This document shows, in pieces, positions 1 through 7,785 of a DNA stretch of 64,000 nucleotides. The stretch lies in sequence record LT603033.1. One strand, given 5' to 3'. Each line of letters begins with the position of its first letter. The first letter of the stretch is position 1. A program made the translations under genes and the position numbers. A model generated the notes under the pieces. It worked only from the letters and a program-made list of their open reading frames with translations, made no database searches and was not told the DNA's origin.

Positions 1-2
1 AG

Positions 3-236
3 CAACAAATAGCTAAAAAAGTTGATACCGCCTTGGATAAAATGCAACAAGAAAATGCAAAAAATTACCTTGAAACGAAAAAAATCATGGAAGATAATGC
101 TAAAGTTATTGAAACAAAGGTTCCTTTTATTGTAGAACGTGAAGTTTATAAGAATGTATGTTTAGATGAAGATGGTGTAAAAGTACTGAATGAACTAAAA
201 CAAAATTCTCAAGCTGCGAGGAATAAATTCAAATGA
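3..236 (+). CDS. Inner-membrane spanin (Rz-like), C-terminal part; gene begins upstream of the window
   Basis: Frame is open from base 3 (QQIAKKVDTALDKMQQ...). Helical/coiled-coil composition with a C-terminal VCLDEDG motif. Stop overlaps (ATGA) the start of a lipoprotein gene, the usual Rz/Rz1 arrangement. Confidence 0.7.
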   Translation, partial: QQIAKKVDTALDKMQQENAKNYLETKKIMEDNAKVIETKVPFIVEREVYKNVCLDEDGVKVLNELKQNSQAARNKFK

Positions 237-541
237 AAAAATTATTAGTTCCGTTTATTTCTTTTTTAATTATAAGTGGATGTGCCGAACAAGTAAAACT
301 ACAATCCCCTGCTCCAATTAAACAAGAAATTCTGTTAGAAAGATGTGATGATGATACACCTCTACCACAAAAAATTATGATTGACAAAAATGGTTTTAAA
401 GGTTATGATGGTGCAGAAATTCTTAAAGTACTTACTCGTTGGGATGCAGTCTACAATGAATGTGCTTTAAAACATGACGCATTGATTAAAACTATTCGTG
501 ATTTACAAGGTAAAGATATTAAAATCAATATCAAGGAATAA
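233..541 (+). CDS. Outer-membrane spanin lipoprotein (Rz1-like)
   Basis: Signal peptide with lipobox LIISG-C17, Pro-rich mature N-terminus, extra Cys residues, C-terminal YNECALKHDALI helix. Confidence 0.75.
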   Translation: MKKLLVPFISFLIISGCAEQVKLQSPAPIKQEILLERCDDDTPLPQKIMIDKNGFKGYDGAEILKVLTRWDAVYNECALKHDALIKTIRDLQGKDIKINIKE

Positions 542-542
542 A

Positions 543-1154
543 ATGAACAAATATCATGTTTACTATACGACAAAATTATCACTTCTTGACGAATTAAATC
601 AACGAAGTACTAAGATGAAACGCTACACTTTAAATGGAATTACTTTTAGGTATTTCCCACAAAAAGTTCTTACATTTATTAAGAATCCAAAATGCGTGGC
701 ATGTGGGATTGAAGCCACTGAAGTACGCATTGAACGTTCATTTTGTTCTGATCCAGTATATGGTAAACCACATTTAAATGTATATGCTGTATGTGGTCTT
801 TATGAAGTGTTGATGACAGTTGATCATAATCATCTGGCATCTAAGGGTGGACCTGATTTAGAGTCAAACTTTAATACTATGTGCTCCAGATGTAATCAAC
901 TACGTTCGAATAAAACTGAAACAGTTGATGAGTTTCTTGAGAAAGTTAAAGGTCGTAATCTTCTCCAAGAACATATGAATAATTTCTTTAATGTACAAAA
1001 AAAGAAAAATAACATTGACAAGTCGAAACTACTAGAAGAACGTAGGTTACGTCAAGAATTATGGGAAACTGATCATCTATGGCATGTTCGAGAGTTTGGT
1101 CGTCATATGAAAGCTTTGAAAAAAGAACAGAAGAAATTGAATAAACATGATTGA
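543..1154 (+). CDS. HNH endonuclease with CxxC zinc ligands
   Basis: CVACG ... TVDHNHLASKGGPDLESNFNTMCSRCNQLRSNK matches the HNH pattern DH..P.SKGG....N....C..CN. Start moved to ATG 543, which has RBS AAGGA. Confidence 0.8.
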   Translation: MNKYHVYYTTKLSLLDELNQRSTKMKRYTLNGITFRYFPQKVLTFIKNPKCVACGIEATEVRIERSFCSDPVYGKPHLNVYAVCGLYEVLMTVDHNHLASKGGPDLESNFNTMCSRCNQLRSNKTETVDEFLEKVKGRNLLQEHMNNFFNVQKKKNNIDKSKLLEERRLRQELWETDHLWHVREFGRHMKALKKEQKKLNKHD

Positions 1155-1165
1155 TATGATATTAT

Positions 1166-1195
1166 AGGGACTTGATTATTCAAGTCCTTTTTTTT
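1166..1195 (+). terminator. Rho-independent terminator
   Basis: GGACTTGA-TTAT-TCAAGTCC stem followed by a T run. Confidence 0.85.
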
Positions 1196-1206
1196 GGAGA
1201 AAATAA

Positions 1207-1563
1207 ATGAAATCTAAAATCTTTTTACCACAATTAATGTGGCATCTAGCAGAGTTAGATGAAAATGATGAATATACTGACTATGGTGCATGGGATGACA
1301 GTACTGAAACTTTTAAACCAGATGTAAAATATAAAATCATCTGCAATGAAAGCAAAGGACACAGAAGGTGGACTGAAGAATTTGATCTCGTATTTCTTGA
1401 CATGAGCACAAATAAGTTTTATCATTGTACTTATGAACGAGGTTTAACAGAAGATAGACCAGTACAACCATTCAGTACTGAAACTGATGGTGTTAAGTGC
1501 AATGAAGTTTCTGTTACCAGAGAAGAAATTATCACTTATCGAACTTTGTGGAAATATTTGTAA
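1207..1563 (+). CDS. Hypothetical phage protein
   Basis: RBS GGAGA and ATG; 118 aa; no recognisable motif. Confidence 0.8.
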   Translation: MKSKIFLPQLMWHLAELDENDEYTDYGAWDDSTETFKPDVKYKIICNESKGHRRWTEEFDLVFLDMSTNKFYHCTYERGLTEDRPVQPFSTETDGVKCNEVSVTREEIITYRTLWKYL

Positions 1564-1564
1564 A

Positions 1565-1963
1565 ATGCTTAAAGAATTAGATTTTTCAAACTTAGAAATT
1601 ATCAGTGCTGTAAAAAACATTTCCGATATGGGAGATGAGAAAGCAGTTCTTGTTACTATTACTTTTGTAAAAGAAAAAGATAGCTATAGCCATTTAACTG
1701 GCATTGAAGAACTAATTCATAAAACCAATCTTGAGAATGATGGTAAACTCATCAAGCTTCAGGCTTCCTATACGCAAAAAACGTCAAATTTTATAGACCT
1801 AAATAATGTAGTCAAGGTGGTATACAATCATCCTGAACACACATATAGGAATACGACAAGAAATGAAAATGTTGCTAACGATTCGAATATTATCGAAGAT
1901 GTTGAATTCATAAACACAATTTTTGATCGTTGTTCTAAGGATTTAAAAAAAGTATACATGTAA
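1565..1963 (+). CDS. Hypothetical protein
   Basis: ATG 1565 directly follows the stop of the previous gene; the longer track start (1487) overlaps that gene. Confidence 0.7.
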   Translation: MLKELDFSNLEIISAVKNISDMGDEKAVLVTITFVKEKDSYSHLTGIEELIHKTNLENDGKLIKLQASYTQKTSNFIDLNNVVKVVYNHPEHTYRNTTRNENVANDSNIIEDVEFINTIFDRCSKDLKKVYM

Positions 1964-1964
1964 T

Positions 1965-1992
1965 GGGACATTATATGTTCCAATGATATAAT
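1965..1992 (+). promoter_or_regulatory. Sigma70-like promoter GGGACA-N16-TATAAT with extended -10
   Basis: GGGACA 1965-1970 and TGATATAAT 1984-1992. Same geometry as the sites at 13063 and 32062. Confidence 0.7.
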
Positions 1993-2268
1993 GTATATAG
2001 AAAATGACAACGGACATTGAAAAATGGACACTGAGAACCTACTTCTCTTGAAAATGTAAAGGATAGATGAGCTTTACCGTTGTAGCGAACAGCAGAAGAA
2101 ACCTGTTAGAGTACTGGCATTCAAACAAACACGATGTAAGACCACGAATCACGGCGACACGGCTGTATAAAGAACTCCGATAAGCATACAGAGAGTTCCT
2201 AGATAGATGTATAAGGTTCGCACCTTACCAGATTTGCTAAGGGAGTTTAAGAATAGCGGACGCAATTT

Positions 2269-2450
2269 TACAAGAAAGTTGCGTCCAAAATTTGAGAACA
2301 GGTACTACTTTGATCGAATAGAGTTAGTACTGAGTGCTGTTGATGAAAAGACCAGCGACCGTTGCATATGACTGCGATAGAGAGAAACCGAGCAACCCGC
2401 TTTCGCTCTCTAAATTTTGGTACAAGAAAGATCCGTCCAAAATTTGAGAA
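2269..2450 (+). repeat. 30-nt direct repeat pair, 28/30 identical, period 152
   Basis: TACAAGAAAGTTGCGTCCAAAATTTGAGAA (2269-2298) and TACAAGAAAGATCCGTCCAAAATTTGAGAA (2421-2450). Confidence 0.95.
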
Positions 2451-2489
2451 ATTCGCAATTCGATAATATCCGATGCCATCATCGTCAAG

Positions 2490-2515
2490 AGAGACTTAAT
2501 TGTCTCTTTTTTATT
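2490..2515 (+). terminator. Probable intrinsic terminator closing the ORF-less transcript
   Basis: AGAGAC-TTAATT-GTCTCT followed by TTTTTATT. Confidence 0.6.
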
Positions 2516-2652
2516 ACCTTCATTCCCCTGCGGGGGGATGTAATAGTCCTCAACAAATCCCGTCAAGTTTTTAAAGTACATTATCATTTTCAGAAGGAAC
2601 TAGTTTACGAAGTAAACGCAGTGACTTCTTGAGTTACGAGAGAACGAAGTGA

Positions 2653-3081
2653 ATGAGTAACACAACGAAAATATCCGATAAATCCGAATTAACACAAATG
2701 TTATTCAAAGAATATTTTGAGTTTCAGATAAAAGACGAACAACAATTACCACAGCAATATTTGAAAAGAATTAAAGATCCGTCAGTAATTACTAAAGAAA
2801 CTAATTTTTATAATAGTATTTTGGATTTCGTTAAATCAGTTCATACAACAAGACCTATTGTAGTTTTGTTTTTTGATAAATCTATTCCTTTAGTAGTTCC
2901 TGAAAATGTATTTTTTATTTCAGAAACTGATTTAAATAATCAAAGTACTGTAAGTAGATTAAGAAATTGCTTACTTGTAGTATGTGATTCTTCTTTGTAT
3001 AATAACAGAATACTATGGGATAGAAGTAAACGCAATGCAGTTTCGGAAATGAATCCTGAAATTACCTTTATTATTAACTAA
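2653..3081 (+). CDS. Hypothetical protein
   Basis: 142-aa ORF with phage-like composition; weak RBS (GAGAG). Confidence 0.65.
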   Translation: MSNTTKISDKSELTQMLFKEYFEFQIKDEQQLPQQYLKRIKDPSVITKETNFYNSILDFVKSVHTTRPIVVLFFDKSIPLVVPENVFFISETDLNNQSTVSRLRNCLLVVCDSSLYNNRILWDRSKRNAVSEMNPEITFIIN

Positions 3082-3113
3082 ATAATAAGAGAATAACTCT
3101 AAGGAGAGATATT

Positions 3114-3554
3114 ATGGAAGATATTAATGATTTACGACACGTAATGGACTTTATCGGAAGTACTGAAGAAGATAATTCATATGATGAAGTACTATTAACT
3201 TTTATTGAAAATAGTTTGTTTTTAAGTTCTGCTGCACATAACTGGCACTTACAATGTCATTTTTATACAAAGCATTTACAATTAGATGAACTATATAAAG
3301 AATTACCAGAATATGTAGACGCATTTGTTGAAGGTATCATGAATAATCGTGGTGCTTTGCAAGTTGGGACTGGTAATAGTTATCGTTTTACACCAATTGA
3401 AGATTGTGTACCAATTCTTGAAGAATATGTTGAGCAATGCAGAGCAATTCATGATATGCTTGAAGAATCAGGTGATTACGGCAGTGTAAACACATTAGAA
3501 GATATTATGAGTTTTGTTGAAGGAACACTTTACAAACTTAAAGTTTTACAATAA
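3114..3554 (+). CDS. Dps/ferritin-like four-helix protein
   Basis: AHNWHL...KHLQLDELYKELPEYVDAFVE matches the Dps ferroxidase helices (H..HW...H..LDELY....D...E). RBS AAGGAG. Confidence 0.75.
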   Translation: MEDINDLRHVMDFIGSTEEDNSYDEVLLTFIENSLFLSSAAHNWHLQCHFYTKHLQLDELYKELPEYVDAFVEGIMNNRGALQVGTGNSYRFTPIEDCVPILEEYVEQCRAIHDMLEESGDYGSVNTLEDIMSFVEGTLYKLKVLQ

Positions 3555-3561
3555 ACTATAT

Positions 3562-3591
3562 GGAGAGTCACTATGACTCTCCTTTTCTTTT
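3562..3591 (+). terminator. Rho-independent terminator
   Basis: GGAGAGTCA-CTA-TGACTCTCC followed by TTTTCTTTT. Confidence 0.85.
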
Positions 3592-3602
3592 GGAGAAATA
3601 AT

Positions 3603-4220
3603 ATGAAATCGCATGAGTTAGCAAAATTACTACTATCTCAACCAAATCTAGAAATTTATCATTATGATGCAGAGAGTGACTTGCATTATCAGAATTTTGA
3701 TAATAGATTAATGGTTACACCATCTGGTATTTTCACAACGGTAAAACCTACATCAGTTTCTGAAAATGTACTTACACCATACGAAACCCCCCTCTTGGGT
3801 CATGTGCAAATTTTCTTTAAGGATGGTACTATTACTCCAAAATTGGAGGGTTCACATATTCAAACTGTTCTTAGCTTAGAATATGGGTTGGTATTTAACA
3901 TTCCTTATGAAAAGCCAATTGTTTTATTAGGTAAAAATCAATCAACACAATTCTCTAATCAACATGCTGTTTGTTATACATCTGATGATATTGATTTCAT
4001 TTCAGTACTGACAGAATATGATCCTAATACTTGGCATGAAACATGGGAAAATATGTCATATGATGAAGCAATTGAATGTGGTAAAAATTTAGCCAAAATG
4101 TTATTTCCACCGAAAAAAGAACTTTCACAAGAACAAAATGAATCATTTTCTAAAGATTTTCCTGATTCTGAATTCAATGTAAAAGTATCACCTTCTATGA
4201 TTGATAAAATTGAAAAATAA
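3603..4220 (+). CDS. Hypothetical protein, paralog of 4956-5540
   Basis: ATG 3603 has RBS GGAGA; the track start 3573 lies inside the terminator. Begins MKSHELAKLLL. Confidence 0.8.
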   Translation: MKSHELAKLLLSQPNLEIYHYDAESDLHYQNFDNRLMVTPSGIFTTVKPTSVSENVLTPYETPLLGHVQIFFKDGTITPKLEGSHIQTVLSLEYGLVFNIPYEKPIVLLGKNQSTQFSNQHAVCYTSDDIDFISVLTEYDPNTWHETWENMSYDEAIECGKNLAKMLFPPKKELSQEQNESFSKDFPDSEFNVKVSPSMIDKIEK

Positions 4221-4232
4221 AAGAGGTTGAAC

Positions 4233-4586
4233 ATGAGTGATTACCGCGTAACATCTGGACTAATGGCACGTCTTATTGAAGCAGTTCCTGAAGATGATTA
4301 TGAAGCTATTTCAGATCGTCTTTTTGACGCAGATTCTAAACTCCATATTACATATGATGGTGCATTGATTTACAGTACTGATATTGATATGTCTAGTTAT
4401 GAATTTGAGATTTCTTTTGGTAACAAACTAACTACTGAAGAATTCGCTCGAAAATGTGAGCGTGAAGGGTTCTGTATTGATATTAGTTCAGTTCAGCCAT
4501 ATACATCACTGTGGTATGATGGTGCTGATAGTCCAATGTCTACTACATCTTTACAGGATTTTTTAAATGCAAATCAAAAAGATTAA
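4233..4586 (+). CDS. Hypothetical acidic protein
   Basis: RBS AGAGG, ATG 4233. Confidence 0.75.
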   Translation: MSDYRVTSGLMARLIEAVPEDDYEAISDRLFDADSKLHITYDGALIYSTDIDMSSYEFEISFGNKLTTEEFARKCEREGFCIDISSVQPYTSLWYDGADSPMSTTSLQDFLNANQKD

Positions 4587-4959
4587 ATTCCACCAGCATT
4601 GTTCTATACATGAATGTGATGATTGTGGTATACAAATGAGTGACATTTATACAGTTTCCTGTAAAGGTTTCAAATTCACTCACGGTGAACCTGCTTATTG
4701 TTATGGTACAGAAGAAGGTGATATCGAAGTAGTACTGAAAGAATTGTTCCAGTACTTGCAAAGTGTAGGTCATGATGTTACAATACCCACATATTATGAA
4801 GATGATTATGATGCACATGTAGAAGAAAATACATATTATAATCAATTCGTTTATGGTAATGGTTTTATCACATACCTACATGAGAATGGTATTGAGGTAA
4901 AAACTAAGTACACCAGTGATGATTATGATGATGATAATTCTATGGAGATTGAAGATTGA
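4567..4959 (+). CDS. Hypothetical protein with CxxC-like motif (HECDDC)
   Basis: Short overlaps with both neighbours, as expected in an operon. Confidence 0.7.
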   Translation: MQIKKIKFHQHCSIHECDDCGIQMSDIYTVSCKGFKFTHGEPAYCYGTEEGDIEVVLKELFQYLQSVGHDVTIPTYYEDDYDAHVEENTYYNQFVYGNGFITYLHENGIEVKTKYTSDDYDDDNSMEIED

Positions 4960-5540
4960 AAGCAAAAGACTTAGCAGCACTGTTGTTGCAGAATCCTGAA
5001 ATGGAAGTGTATCATGAGCACATGCACATTGATGACATGTGTGACGCTTATTATTCACCAGAAAATGTGTCTGGTATTGAAATTACCCCTAGTGGAGTAT
5101 TCATCAGTACTGAACGTATTGATTATAATTCCCAGCAAGAAATCAAAACTCCACATAATAAACCTCGCATTGGTGCTATTGACCTAGTATTTCATCAGGA
5201 CCGTTTGGTAGAATATGATGAAGACGATGGTACTACCCGAACTGATGTTGAGAATGTAGTTTTTCGTTTTTATAATGCATACGAAGACCCAACTACTGGA
5301 GAAGATTTCTTCCGTGAGCTATTAGAGGATGGAGAAGTTTATGGTCAGGATGGTACGGTTTTTGTACTGGACCCTAACTATGAGCCAGATCACAATACAT
5401 GGCAATTCTATACACCAGAAGATGTAATGGAAGTTAAAGTACTTACTGATCTTGACGATAAATGGAATCCTATGTATACTTCAATGACATATGAAGAAGC
5501 CAAAGAATACTTCGTTTCTAAACTAAACATTACAAAATAA
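4956..5540 (+). CDS. Hypothetical protein, paralog of 3603-4220
   Basis: TTG start with RBS GGAGA. Shares N-terminal, TPSG(V/I)F and (S/N)M(T/S)Y(E/D)EA motifs with 3603-4220. Confidence 0.8.
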   Translation: MKAKDLAALLLQNPEMEVYHEHMHIDDMCDAYYSPENVSGIEITPSGVFISTERIDYNSQQEIKTPHNKPRIGAIDLVFHQDRLVEYDEDDGTTRTDVENVVFRFYNAYEDPTTGEDFFRELLEDGEVYGQDGTVFVLDPNYEPDHNTWQFYTPEDVMEVKVLTDLDDKWNPMYTSMTYEEAKEYFVSKLNITK

Positions 5541-5557
5541 TAAGGATTCACAAATTT

Positions 5558-5839
5558 ATGAAAATTGTTGCAAGTGCATGGATGAAACTACCAGATGGTA
5601 CAACTGCTTTTGAAGAATATGGCTTTGTTGAAAGTGTCGATGAATTAAAGCGTTTCAAGAGTGAAAATGATGATGATGTTTTTGATATTGTATTTGTATA
5701 CCATCATATTCCTAATGATACTGATTATGAACATTATTATTATCATCCTGATTTGTTGGAAACACTTGTATGCGACAACTATCATGAAATTGATGAAAAT
5801 ACAGCTTTACTAATGTTGAGTACCGTATCTCCGGTATAA
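5558..5839 (+). CDS. Hypothetical protein
   Basis: RBS AAGGA; 93 aa. Confidence 0.75.
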   Translation: MKIVASAWMKLPDGTTAFEEYGFVESVDELKRFKSENDDDVFDIVFVYHHIPNDTDYEHYYYHPDLLETLVCDNYHEIDENTALLMLSTVSPV

Positions 5840-5847
5840 GGAGTAAT

Positions 5848-6327
5848 ATGTATAATCTTATAATTATCCGCGAACCATATGAATCTGACAACAGTTCAAC
5901 TGATGGTGAGGTTTTAGTATATCAAAGTTATGAACAAAGTGGCATTGAACATGAATTAAAAGATTATTTACGTCAACATATATATCTATATCGTACAGAA
6001 CCACGTGAACAGTATGGAGATATAATGTTTATCGTAACTCATAATGGTGCAGTAATTGAACATGTAAATATGACAAATAACATGTATTTTCATAATTACA
6101 CTGACACGTCTAAAGAATTAGGAAACGATTTCAAGTCTGTTTTCGATGCATTGCGTATCAATTTTTTTAAAAATGACAAATTCTGTACTGATATTAGATT
6201 AGAAGAAGCAAATACAAAAAAGAAACTTTCTCGAAAATACGAGAGTGATAGAAAAAAAGAACAAGAGATTCAGCGTTTACACGAATTGATGAAAAAATAC
6301 CCTAATGAGGTACAACATGGCTCTTAG
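5848..6327 (+). CDS. Hypothetical protein
   Basis: RBS AAGGAG; 159 aa. Confidence 0.8.
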   Translation: MYNLIIIREPYESDNSSTDGEVLVYQSYEQSGIEHELKDYLRQHIYLYRTEPREQYGDIMFIVTHNGAVIEHVNMTNNMYFHNYTDTSKELGNDFKSVFDALRINFFKNDKFCTDIRLEEANTKKKLSRKYESDRKKEQEIQRLHELMKKYPNEVQHGS

Positions 6328-6655
6328 AGGTTCAAATCAATATAAATGTATTGCAGAGATCAGGAAGAAAGATGGAACACTTGTAGACCGAGCATTGAAG
6401 CAAGAATATAAAGAATTATGTGATGTGGTACATAATGATAGTTATGGTGGGATGCGTCGTCAAAAAATTTATGAATATCTAAAGAAAGGTTTAGAAATTC
6501 AGGTTAATGGTCTTCATTGCATTCAAACAAAAAATGATCCTGATATTCTACGTTTGTTGAAAGAAGATAAGATTGAAATGTTTAATGTTCCTATTTCATT
6601 CTATGGTAATAAACTAAAATGTAAGCATACTTTCTTGAGGATTAAAAATGGTTGA
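6317..6655 (+). CDS. Hypothetical basic protein
   Basis: RBS GAGG before ATG 6317. Confidence 0.75.
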   Translation: MALRGSNQYKCIAEIRKKDGTLVDRALKQEYKELCDVVHNDSYGGMRRQKIYEYLKKGLEIQVNGLHCIQTKNDPDILRLLKEDKIEMFNVPISFYGNKLKCKHTFLRIKNG

Positions 6656-6872
6656 TTCATTTATGAAAAAAATCTTTAAAAAATTACTATCTGGATTTGA
6701 AAAAGCAGTAAGTCTTATTTTCAGTTCAGTTGTAATGGTTATTACAGTACTGGCGTTTTCTCTAGTACTGCATTTTGTACCATTCTGGTTAATCTTTATT
6801 GTACTTATTGCTTTGCTAGGTGCACATGTTTATTATGTTTACCGTGACGCATTGGATGATGATAACGATTAA
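6648..6872 (+). CDS. Small membrane protein with two TM helices
   Basis: Hydrophobic stretches SLIFSSVVMVITVLAFSLVL and FWLIFIVLIALLGAHVYYVY. Confidence 0.75.
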   Translation: MVDSFMKKIFKKLLSGFEKAVSLIFSSVVMVITVLAFSLVLHFVPFWLIFIVLIALLGAHVYYVYRDALDDDND

Positions 6873-7370
6873 ATGTATTTGACCTCACTATGTGGGGTCT
6901 TTTTTAAGGAAAATTATATGCTTATAGAAACAGAAACATTTAAGCGTTTTATTGACGTATGTCGTGATACGTGTTTTTGTTATCTTTCATCACAAGAACA
7001 GTTCGATGCAATGAGTGATGTGTTAGGATATCGCCGTTCGGTATTGATGTATTTTGATGGTCCTTTGATTGAAGTTCATGATGATGTGTATTCCCTACAA
7101 TATGTATCAATTAACAATGCGTTCATTTTTATTGCTGACTCGTACTCAATTGTAGTTGAGGAACGTGGTAAAGGTATACCAACAACACACTATATTGATT
7201 GTCAAAGAACTGATTGTGTTTATAGTTCTGGACTAATACAAACACCAATTCCATATCCTAGCATTTATATAAACACACTCCATCAAGAAATTATTGAGTA
7301 CTGTAATAGTATTTCTGATACAGATACACAGTATTTTCCTATTGTATTATTGAAAGGAGTTAGAACATGA
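6873..7370 (+). CDS. Hypothetical protein (true start possibly 6918)
   Basis: AAGGA RBS precedes the internal ATG of MLIETE. Confidence 0.7.
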   Translation: MYLTSLCGVFFKENYMLIETETFKRFIDVCRDTCFCYLSSQEQFDAMSDVLGYRRSVLMYFDGPLIEVHDDVYSLQYVSINNAFIFIADSYSIVVEERGKGIPTTHYIDCQRTDCVYSSGLIQTPIPYPSIYINTLHQEIIEYCNSISDTDTQYFPIVLLKGVRT

Positions 7371-7756
7371 GATGGAAGAAACGTCACATTAAGCGTTTTG
7401 AGAAAATAATTAAAAAATATTACTCACATAAGTTAGATCCGATGATTCTTCAGCTAAGGACCAGTATTTTTGATAGACGTTATCCGCAGTGTTTAGAATC
7501 GTACAGTCGTAAACGTTACAAGAATGAATACCTGGTATATCGTTATGATTTATCAGAATTCTTTTTGAATACTCGCGTATCTGTACCCATCAGACTGTAC
7601 TCAAGGGTAAAACGAAGTAGGGTTCAAGATATCACTTATGGTTATCTTATGCTTGAGATTAATGAACTCAATGAAAAAACAGGTAGAAATTTCAGTACTT
7701 TATGTCTGGAAAACAATGATATCATAAAAAGAATTATAGAAGATTTGGGCAAGTAG
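7367..7756 (+). CDS. Hypothetical basic protein
   Basis: ATGA overlap with the upstream gene; RBS AAGGAG. Confidence 0.75.
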   Translation: MRWKKRHIKRFEKIIKKYYSHKLDPMILQLRTSIFDRRYPQCLESYSRKRYKNEYLVYRYDLSEFFLNTRVSVPIRLYSRVKRSRVQDITYGYLMLEINELNEKTGRNFSTLCLENNDIIKRIIEDLGK

Positions 7757-7785
7757 GATTTTTTATGCTATAATTGGAGATGAGT

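Larger units (their letters stand above)
1999..2515 (+). ncRNA. Candidate ~510-nt structured non-coding RNA of unrecognised family
   Basis: No credible ORF. Bounded by a promoter (1965-1992) and a terminator (2490-2515). GC visibly above the flanks. At least 10 hairpins and an internal 30-nt direct repeat. The ends are predicted. Confidence 0.55.

Noticed and set aside
2212-2230. tRNA gene (GGTTCG...CCA)
   Set aside because: No acceptor-stem 3' strand, D-arm or anticodon arm; the loop is 6 nt. No complete tRNA was found in the window.
2269-2450. Possible CRISPR mini-array
   Set aside because: Only two repeats with a 122-nt spacer and no cas-like genes in the window.
1999-2540. tmRNA or RNase P RNA
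   Set aside because: No GGGG...TTCGA 5' end with a matching T-arm/CCA 3' end, no tag ORF ending in AA-stop, and no P4 consensus pair on either strand.
2486-2550. Group I intron core (GAGACTTA ... TAATAGTCC resembling R/S elements)
   Set aside because: P7 pairing is imperfect, the R-like segment is better explained as the terminator stem, and the flanking ORFs are not exons of one gene.
2324-2632. ORFs 2324-2587 (-) and 2417-2632 (+)
   Set aside because: No RBS, atypical composition, and they cross a terminator and dense hairpins.
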